Both the position numbers and the translations under genes were made by a program. The notes under the pieces were generated by a model. That model worked only from the letters and a program-made list of their open reading frames with translations, was not told the DNA's origin and made no database searches. From Candidatus Tayloriibacteriota bacterium (lineage in GTDB: Bacteria; Patescibacteriota; Minisyncoccia; Phycocordibacterales; PALSA-1337), in contig JAYTYJ010000008.1 in assembly GCA_043742445.1 (NCBI GenBank), forward strand, positions 1 to 32,263: a DNA stretch of 32,263 bases, in the 5' to 3' direction. Numbering within the stretch: position 1 is the stretch's first letter; every line of letters begins with the position of its first letter. Shown here one piece after another: positions 26,052 through 32,263 of the stretch.

Positions 26052-26423
26052 ATGAAAAAAATCATCGTGGTGGAAGATGAGCACATTTTACAAAAAGCAT
26101 TGTCGATTGAATTACTCGGTGCAGGTTTTGAAGTGATGAGCGCGTTTGACGGTGTTGCTGGTCTCGTACTTATCCAAAAGGAAATTCCCGCTCTCGTACT
26201 TCTTGATCTCACAATGCCAAAACTAAATGGTTTTGATGTATTAAAAGAGTTACAAGCAAAACCAGAAACAAAATCAATTCCTGTTATAATCCTCTCTAAT
26301 TTAGGACAGGACGAGGACAAAGAAAAAGCTATGTCCCTCGGTGCCACTGATTATTTTATAAAGTCCAACACAGACCTATCTCTCCTTACGCAAAAAATAG
26401 AAAAGATGCTTCAAAATAAATAA
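26052..26423 (+). CDS. single-domain response regulator (CheY-like receiver)
   Basis: MKKIIVVEDE, phospho-acceptor context LVLLDLTMPKLNG, IILSNLG, ATDYFIK. No output domain. The start at 26052 is preferred over the tracked 26001 because of the -10 box and typical receiver N-terminus. Confidence 0.9.
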   Translation: MKKIIVVEDEHILQKALSIELLGAGFEVMSAFDGVAGLVLIQKEIPALVLLDLTMPKLNGFDVLKELQAKPETKSIPVIILSNLGQDEDKEKAMSLGATDYFIKSNTDLSLLTQKIEKMLQNK

Positions 26424-26430
26424 GAAAAAG

Positions 26431-27246
26431 ATGGCAACATTCCGCGACAACTGGTCAAATAAAATTCTCCATCTCAGCTCTTTTATACATACAAAAAAGA
26501 ATGACCTTGTTCTCGCTAACAGCTGGAAAGCCTTTGGTGTTGTTCTTTCCATCATTGTTGCCGAGATTCTCCTCCTTATCCTGTCATTGCCATCTTATCT
26601 TGTTATGCGCGACAGAGATACTACAGGAGATCACTCTGATGTAAGGCAGTACAAACTTCGTCGCGCGCTGACACTTGGCACCATCGCAACACTTTTAATC
26701 ATTTGGGCTATCAAACTGATCCTTATTCTTTTTCTTGTCTGGCATACAAACACCTATGGCACGATAAAAATAAATGAAACAAACAATCAGAACGCTGTGA
26801 TCAATAGTACCGCACACGATATGCTTGTTGCCGGTGTTGATGATAAACTTTCTCCTCCCCATATAGCAGTTGTAGAGAGCAAGCACGGAGAAATCGCTCT
26901 CACTGGAACTGCACAGAGTGGAGAGGCGGTGATTATCCTATTTTCCGAGACAGGAACGAGGGCGAATTTTCCACCAAAGATTTATACCGCATGGACTGAT
27001 ACTAAAGGCGCATTCAGTCTCACCGAAGATAGTTCCGTGTTCAATCTTCCTCCGGGTAATTACAGTGTCTCGGGTATAACTTACGATCCAGCACATAAAA
27101 CAAAAAGCTCTAACAGTACGACTTTTTCTTTTACCGTACATCAAACTCTCACAGAGCGTTTTGTGCATAGTTTCGATGTACTCCTAAATATCCTAGCTCT
27201 TATGGCAATCATCATTGGTTTGTTGGTTACTATTTTGGTCAGCTAG
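26431..27246 (+). CDS. membrane protein paralogous to both ends of the giant surface protein
   Basis: Shares with 22177-25884 the N-terminal module (W-N..LH.S.FI...K..LV ... SLP.Y ... YKLRR/YRLRR ... W.I). It also shares the C-terminal Ig-like module (L.PG..SV...TYDP..K.KS) followed by a terminal TM helix. Confidence 0.8.
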   Translation: MATFRDNWSNKILHLSSFIHTKKNDLVLANSWKAFGVVLSIIVAEILLLILSLPSYLVMRDRDTTGDHSDVRQYKLRRALTLGTIATLLIIWAIKLILILFLVWHTNTYGTIKINETNNQNAVINSTAHDMLVAGVDDKLSPPHIAVVESKHGEIALTGTAQSGEAVIILFSETGTRANFPPKIYTAWTDTKGAFSLTEDSSVFNLPPGNYSVSGITYDPAHKTKSSNSTTFSFTVHQTLTERFVHSFDVLLNILALMAIIIGLLVTILVS

Positions 27247-27478
27247 AAACCGCAGACGATCAATTCTTTCTGCACACGCAGAAATTTAGGTATAATGAGG
27301 TACAGGATCAGATGCGTATTCGAATCCGTAGACAATTATGAATTACGTTAAATTTATTAACAAAGATAATCTACGGATAGGAAATAGGAGAATCTCTACC
27401 GACATGGTCGCAAATAGAAAAGCTGGCGAAACTCTACAATATGCCTGAGCTCATCTTCTAATAAAAATTAATAAAAAT

Positions 27479-27871
27479 ATGTTTATAAAACTTTACTCAA
27501 TCGCCCTGCCACTATTTTTTGCCACTGATATGGTGTGGCTTGGACTTGTGGCTAAAAACTTCTACAAAAGCCAGATCGGTTTTTTGATGAAGCCTGATAT
27601 AAACTGGACGGCGGCTATTCTTTTTTATCTTCTATTTATTGTTGGACTAGTTCTTTACGTCATTATGCCTTCTATGGAAAAAGGCTCGTGGGTCCACGCT
27701 CTTCTCTTAGGTGCTTTTTTTGGATTTATTACATACTCAACATATGACCTCACAAACCTTGCTACACTGCGAGACTGGCCGCTTCTAGTTACGATTGTAG
27801 ATCTAGCATGGGGAACAGTACTTGGGGGACTCGTTTCGGTCCTTACATATTTTATTGCTAGTAAAATATAA
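27479..27871 (+). CDS. DUF2177 family membrane protein
   Basis: 130 aa with four hydrophobic helices. The N-terminus MFIKLYSIALPLFFATDMVWLGLVAKNFY is typical of DUF2177, recognised from memory of the family. Confidence 0.7.
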   Translation: MFIKLYSIALPLFFATDMVWLGLVAKNFYKSQIGFLMKPDINWTAAILFYLLFIVGLVLYVIMPSMEKGSWVHALLLGAFFGFITYSTYDLTNLATLRDWPLLVTIVDLAWGTVLGGLVSVLTYFIASKI

Positions 27872-28644
27872 TGATTAACTATCTTTTGATTCTAGGGTTT
27901 ATACTTTTTTTATATATGAGTCTGTGGTTCGTAGTGTCTTTATTAAAGAAAAGAAATGATGTAGCGGATACTGCTTGGGGTCTTGGATTTATGCTTCTTT
28001 CATGGTTTTCTTTTTTTCTTGGACAGACACATGGTAATCGTGGACTTTTGGCAGGACTCCTCATAAGTATCTGGGGTATACGTCTTGCTTGGCATATACA
28101 TAGAAGAAATAGGGGGAAACTAGAGGATTATCGATATGCGAAATGGCGTGAAGAATGGGGTAAATGGTTTTATGTGCGCTCATATGCGCAGGTCTATCTT
28201 TTACAGGGAGCGCTTTTATTTTTGATTGTATTACCAGTATTATGTATAAATAAAAGTATCGAGCAAACTTTGGGAATCTTAGATTTTATAGGTCTACTAG
28301 TTTGGATTTTGGGATTTGTTTTTGAATCAGTCGGTGATGCACAACTTGCACAGTTTATCAAAGATCCAAATAATAAAGGTAAACTAATGCAGGGCGGTCT
28401 ATGGCACTACACTCGTCATCCGAATTATTTTGGCGAAGTTACGATGTGGTGGGGTATTTGGCTTATTGCACTTTCTGTACCATCTGGGTTTTTAAGTATC
28501 ATCGGGCCAGTTACTATTACCATTTTGATAGTTAAGGTCTCTGGTATCCCGATGTTAGAAAAAAAGATGATAGAGAATCCAGATTTCGGAGAGTACAAAA
28601 GAAAGACAAGTATGTTTATACCTTGGTTTAGGAAAAATATATGA
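27871..28644 (+). CDS. DUF1295 / steroid 5-alpha-reductase-like membrane protein
   Basis: Polytopic, with C-terminal motif GLWHYTRHPNYFGEVTMWWG. Its start overlaps the upstream stop (TAATG). Confidence 0.8.
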   Translation: MINYLLILGFILFLYMSLWFVVSLLKKRNDVADTAWGLGFMLLSWFSFFLGQTHGNRGLLAGLLISIWGIRLAWHIHRRNRGKLEDYRYAKWREEWGKWFYVRSYAQVYLLQGALLFLIVLPVLCINKSIEQTLGILDFIGLLVWILGFVFESVGDAQLAQFIKDPNNKGKLMQGGLWHYTRHPNYFGEVTMWWGIWLIALSVPSGFLSIIGPVTITILIVKVSGIPMLEKKMIENPDFGEYKRKTSMFIPWFRKNI

Positions 28645-28818
28645 AGAAGATAGTTTGGAGGGGTTTATTTTGGCGATAGGCCGTCTGATCTACCTAGGAC
28701 ATGGTTTACTAAAGCTAAACTTTCTCCTGATGGAAAAAGGTATGGCAAGAGAAAGGATGGATTCATCCACAAGACAATCACTCTTACATTGGGCTTATGA
28801 TGTGAGAAATAAAAAACT

Positions 28819-29421
28819 CTAATGTGCCACCGTTAGAGCTATTACATCCACGAAACCCGCTCTTAGTAAAGTCTCCCGAGCTTCTTTCAAAGTGCTTCCA
28901 GTTGTGCTTACATCATCTATGATAAGAATTCTTTCTGAGCCTTTAGACGTTCTGGTGACTTCAAATATATTCTTAGTATTTTCTATTCTCTCATTTCTAT
29001 TTTTAAATGTTTGTTTGTCTATGTCTTTAGATCTGATAAGAAGTGTATAATCTTTTGAAATTTTTGGATTAATTTTACATATTTCGTCAATTATTAATTC
29101 ACACTGATTGTATCCTCGCTCTTTTTTTCTTTTATTTGAAATGGGAATAGGAATTAAAAGAAAATCAGCCGTCACTTTTTTCGATAGAGCCAAAGCCGCA
29201 ATTGCCACTGCATGTTTATTTTTCTTATATTTAATCTGCAAGATCAATTCTCTGGTGAGAGGATATTTATATGAAAAGATCGATAATATAAAAGGAAATT
29301 CGGTTTTTATTGAGCGAGGAGTGGTTTTTAGAAAATTTTCAGGAGAAATAGTTCGAAGTTCTAATTCTTCTGCGTTTGGTGGAAATAAGAAGTCTATTAT
29401 ATAGTGGAAAAAATGCTTCAT
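28819..29421 (-). CDS. comFC: ComF family phosphoribosyltransferase-fold protein
   Basis: ERGYNQCELI and ILIIDDVSTTGSTLKEA (PRT motif). The tracked ORF reaches 29502 but would overlap the pilM start by 41 nt. The ATG at 29421 (MKHFFHYIIDFLFPP) has TATAAG exactly 6 nt upstream. Confidence 0.8.
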   Translation of the reverse strand: MKHFFHYIIDFLFPPNAEELELRTISPENFLKTTPRSIKTEFPFILSIFSYKYPLTRELILQIKYKKNKHAVAIAALALSKKVTADFLLIPIPISNKRKKERGYNQCELIIDEICKINPKISKDYTLLIRSKDIDKQTFKNRNERIENTKNIFEVTRTSKGSERILIIDDVSTTGSTLKEARETLLRAGFVDVIALTVAH

Positions 29422-29427
29422 TATTTG

Positions 29428-29455
29428 CTTATATGTTATTGCACTATGATATAAT
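29428..29455. promoter_or_regulatory. back-to-back divergent -10 boxes for comFC and pilM
   Basis: Minus-strand TATAAG (rc of 29428-29433) is followed by 6 nt and then an ATG. Plus-strand TATAAT (29450-29455) is followed by 6 nt and then the ATG at 29462. Confidence 0.55.
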
Positions 29456-29461
29456 AATCTC

Positions 29462-30592
29462 ATGGATTTCTTTAATAAGATATTTTCTTCTCTTTTTTCC
29501 AAAAAATCTCAAAGTGTTTTGGGTATTGATATTGGTTCTTCAGCTATAAAAGTAGTGCAAATAAAGAAAAAAAGAGGGAGAGCGGTACTGGAAACCTATG
29601 GTGAGCTTGCTTTAGGGCCATATGCAGGTGTAGAAGTTGGTCGATCTACAAGCCTTACAAAGGAGAAGACTATCGAAGCTCTAAAAGATATTCTCAGAGA
29701 GGCAAAGACGACGACAGTCACCTGTGGAGTGGCGCTACCACTTTCTTCTAGTCTTATTACTTTTATCACTATTCCTCACGTCCCAGATAAACAGCTGGCC
29801 GAAGTCATTTCTCTAGAGGCTAGAAAGTATATCCCAGTTCCAATGAACGAAGTAATGTTTGATTATTCAATTATTCCACGGGAAGAAGCTTTTTCTACAG
29901 ATGATAGAGATGTTGCCAGCAAGCAGGTTCTAGTAAATGAAAAACAACCCCTGGATGTTTTAGTGGTGGCTATTCATAATGAATACATAAATAGTTATCA
30001 AGCTATTTCAGCAGGACTTTCTTTGCAACCTTCTTTTTACGAGATAGAACTTTTCTGTTCTATTCGTGCTGTCATCGAACAGGGAATACAAGCGGTAATG
30101 ATCATAGACATGGGAGCACAAGCGACCAAGCTTTATATAGTAGAGAGAGGTCTTCTTCGTGCTTCTCATATTATAAATAGAGGATCACAGGATATCACCT
30201 TAGCTATATCAAAATCACTGAGTCTAACAGTCAACGAAGCAGAAAATATCAAGAGGACTTTTGGTCTGAAGGGTGGTCCTGAATACAAAGAACTTACTGA
30301 AATCATAACTGTAAACTTAGATTATATTTTTTACGAAGCAAATGCAGCACTTTTTAAGTATCAAAAGAAGTATATGAAAAATATTAGTAAGGTTATTTTG
30401 ACAGGCGGTGGCGTTCTTCTAAAAGGATTTACTGATTTAGCAAAAGTTAGTTTCCAAACTGAAGTCATTTATGCAAATCCATTTGCAAAACTAGAAACTC
30501 CTGCTTTTCTCAATGATAAATTCTCAGAAGCTGGTCCAGAGTTTGCAGTCGCCATCGGCTGTGCATTACGTCGATTGTCTGAAATTGATTAA
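29462..30592 (+). CDS. pilM: type IV pilus assembly ATPase-like protein PilM
   Basis: 376 aa with an actin-like fold signature (VLGIDIGSSAIKVVQI, IIDMGAQATKLYIV, ILTGGGVLLKG). Confidence 0.9.
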   Translation: MDFFNKIFSSLFSKKSQSVLGIDIGSSAIKVVQIKKKRGRAVLETYGELALGPYAGVEVGRSTSLTKEKTIEALKDILREAKTTTVTCGVALPLSSSLITFITIPHVPDKQLAEVISLEARKYIPVPMNEVMFDYSIIPREEAFSTDDRDVASKQVLVNEKQPLDVLVVAIHNEYINSYQAISAGLSLQPSFYEIELFCSIRAVIEQGIQAVMIIDMGAQATKLYIVERGLLRASHIINRGSQDITLAISKSLSLTVNEAENIKRTFGLKGGPEYKELTEIITVNLDYIFYEANAALFKYQKKYMKNISKVILTGGGVLLKGFTDLAKVSFQTEVIYANPFAKLETPAFLNDKFSEAGPEFAVAIGCALRRLSEID

Positions 30593-30610
30593 TCAACTAT
30601 AATTAGTGTA

Positions 30611-31246
30611 ATGGATACAAAATTCCAAACATCGTTCATTCCCAAAAAACCGATAGTCATGGATCAAAGGGTAGTAAAGCATAGTGGAGGCACCAGCGTC
30701 CTCATGTTTATAGCTGTAATTATTTTTATAGTCTCTCTTGCTGGTGCCGGTTTCACTTTTGTCTGGAAGGATATACTTTTAAGACAGCAAGATACATACG
30801 TATCTGATTTAAAAAAAGCTCAGAATAGGTTTGATATAGGACTTATTGAAAAATTAAAAAAAGCTAATACAAAGATTGATCTAGGAGCCAAATTATTGAA
30901 AAAACATCTAGCCATTTCAGAAGTTTTTTCGATTATCAGTTCCTTAACTGCTGATAGTGTTCGTTTTACAGATTTTCAATTTGTGGCACCCACAATCGAT
31001 GGTGATGAGGCAAAGATTACCATGAAAGGCTTTGGAAATAGTTATCCTTCCGTCGCTTGGCAGAGTGATGTTTTCGGTCAATCTTCAAAATATGGAAAAA
31101 ATAAGATCTTGAAGAATCTAGTATTGTCAGATCCAGTTGTAGATCTAAATGGAAATGTAGTCTTTACTTTTACTGCAACTTTAAATCCTGATGATATTTC
31201 ATATGAAAAATCATTAGCTTCAGGATTAAATAATCCAACCCAATAA
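30611..31246 (+). CDS. pilN: PilN-like pilus assembly protein
   Basis: A single N-terminal TM helix after a short cytoplasmic tail, followed by a coiled coil. Positioned directly after pilM. Confidence 0.65.
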   Translation: MDTKFQTSFIPKKPIVMDQRVVKHSGGTSVLMFIAVIIFIVSLAGAGFTFVWKDILLRQQDTYVSDLKKAQNRFDIGLIEKLKKANTKIDLGAKLLKKHLAISEVFSIISSLTADSVRFTDFQFVAPTIDGDEAKITMKGFGNSYPSVAWQSDVFGQSSKYGKNKILKNLVLSDPVVDLNGNVVFTFTATLNPDDISYEKSLASGLNNPTQ

Positions 31247-31247
31247 T

Positions 31248-31826
31248 ATGAATAGAAACGTTACACCTTTAATCCTCATTGTTCTAGCCGTTGGTATTTA
31301 TTTTACCTTCACACAATCTAAATACGATGAAGATAAAGGGATTCAAGTTATAAATGGTGGATATCAGCAGGCACTAGATAATTCAGAAAAATTAATAAAA
31401 GTAAGAGATACTGTTCTTGATTCTTACAATAAAATTACTCCTGAAAATCAAGAGCGTCTTAATAAGATACTACCCGATAACGTTGATAATGTTCGACTGA
31501 CTATAGACTTAGGTAGTGTGGCAGCAAGGCACGGTCTAGCTATAAAAAATGTAAAAACATCTGCTGATAAATCTACCAATAACAGCTCGGCATCTGCCGT
31601 AACTAATTCTCAGAATCAGATCCAATCTGGAAGTATGACAAATGAATACAATACCGTCAGCCTTTCTTTTGAAACATCAGGAGATTATCAGACCTTCTTA
31701 GATTTCTTGAAAGATGTTGAGGCAAGTTTACGTATTTTGGAAATCTCAAAGATTTCTCTAAAGGTAAATGATACGGGCTCATATGATTATAATGTAGAGG
31801 TTAAAACCTATTGGTTAAAACAATAA
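31248..31826 (+). CDS. pilO: PilO-like pilus assembly protein
   Basis: N-terminal TM helix, a coiled coil, and a C-terminal ferredoxin-like segment (VSLSFETSGDYQTFLDFLKDVEASLRILEISKISL) typical of PilO. Confidence 0.65.
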   Translation: MNRNVTPLILIVLAVGIYFTFTQSKYDEDKGIQVINGGYQQALDNSEKLIKVRDTVLDSYNKITPENQERLNKILPDNVDNVRLTIDLGSVAARHGLAIKNVKTSADKSTNNSSASAVTNSQNQIQSGSMTNEYNTVSLSFETSGDYQTFLDFLKDVEASLRILEISKISLKVNDTGSYDYNVEVKTYWLKQ

Positions 31827-31827
31827 A

Positions 31828-32184
31828 ATGCAACAAAAATCATCACCATCAAAAGGTACATTTATAGCATTGGTAGTCATCGCAATCGTGACTCTAGGAC
31901 TTTTCTTTTATTATAGAGGTAGTCCAAGTGATGGATCACTTTCTTCTTTACAAACAAGAGTAACACCAGAATCAGCTAAAGCTAAAGCTGATTCTGATAG
32001 GATATTGCTTTTATTAAATCAAATCAATCAGCTTCGTATAGACAGTGCTCTTTTCAAGAGCACTGTATTTAATTCTCTTGTAGATTATTCAATCACGATC
32101 CCAGAGCAGCCAGTTGGCAGAGCAAATCCTTTTGCGCCAGTTGGTGGTTTTCAACAAATAGAAAAAAAGCCAGCAAAAAAATAA
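31828..32184 (+). CDS. small pilus-operon membrane protein (PilP-like position, GRANPF motif)
   Basis: N-terminal TM helix and a C-terminal VGRANPFAP motif. Located between pilO and the pilB start. Confidence 0.55.
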   Translation: MQQKSSPSKGTFIALVVIAIVTLGLFFYYRGSPSDGSLSSLQTRVTPESAKAKADSDRILLLLNQINQLRIDSALFKSTVFNSLVDYSITIPEQPVGRANPFAPVGGFQQIEKKPAKK

Positions 32185-32188
32185 AACT

Positions 32189-32263
32189 ATGAGCGTTATT
32201 GATATTTTATTACAAAAAAATCTTATAGATAAAGATGATATTAACGAGATAAAAAAACTTACC
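32189..32263 (+). CDS. pilB: partial CDS, probable PilB/GspE-type pilus ATPase N-terminus
   Basis: MSVIDILLQKNLIDKDDINEIKKLT resembles the T2SSE N-terminal domain start. It is truncated by the window end. Confidence 0.45.
   Translation, partial: MSVIDILLQKNLIDKDDINEIKKLT

Noticed and set aside
29422-29502. The longest comFC ORF start at 29502.
   Set aside because: It would overlap the pilM coding start by 41 nt head-to-head. The internal ATG at 29421 has the local promoter geometry.
1-32263. CRISPR arrays, diversity-generating retroelements, IS elements, prophage genes and rRNA.
   Set aside because: There are no regularly spaced repeats, no reverse transcriptase, transposase or integrase ORFs, no template/variable repeat pair, and no rRNA-like conserved stretches.

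Overview
This is an AT-rich, tightly packed bacterial segment. TAA, TAG and TGA all close confident genes, so the genetic code is standard. The gene content looks like a reduced Patescibacteria/CPR-type genome, but that placement is inference.

Housekeeping genes: ssrA (tmRNA) next to smpB, ftsH, tRNA-Ile(UAU), recG, a two-gene ABC importer, ung, a short MutY-like glycosylase, mscL, a DUF805 protein, tRNA-Ser(GCU), a polysaccharide deacetylase, an FAD-linked oxidase, a DUF2177/DUF1295 pair, and comFC divergent from a type IV pilus block (pilM-pilN-pilO-small protein-pilB start).

Accessory content:
- Four visibly GC-richer patches. Three abut tRNA-like genes (ssrA, tRNA-Ser GCU, and a well-formed Ser-type tRNA with anticodon ACU).
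- A cysteine-synthase-fold protein lacking the PLP lysine.
- A single-domain asparaginase-like protein.
- Two membrane-anchored secreted proteins preceded by a shared 21-bp repeat.
- A locus in which a 1235-aa surface protein is apparently co-transcribed with a Cache-type sensor and a histidine kinase. It sits opposite a CheY-like regulator and a short paralog of the surface protein.

Most notable observations:
- A -10-like hexamer sits 6-7 nt upstream of the start codon of nearly every first-in-unit gene, which suggests pervasive leaderless mRNAs.
- Two genes are interrupted by single in-frame TAA codons.
- The tRNA-Ser(ACU) and tRNA-Ile(UAU) are unusual decoders.
- A 20-bp duplicate of the ssrA 3' end looks like an att scar.
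- The motif TCCGTAGRCA recurs in intergenic regions.

No CRISPR array, rRNA, transposase or reverse transcriptase was seen.
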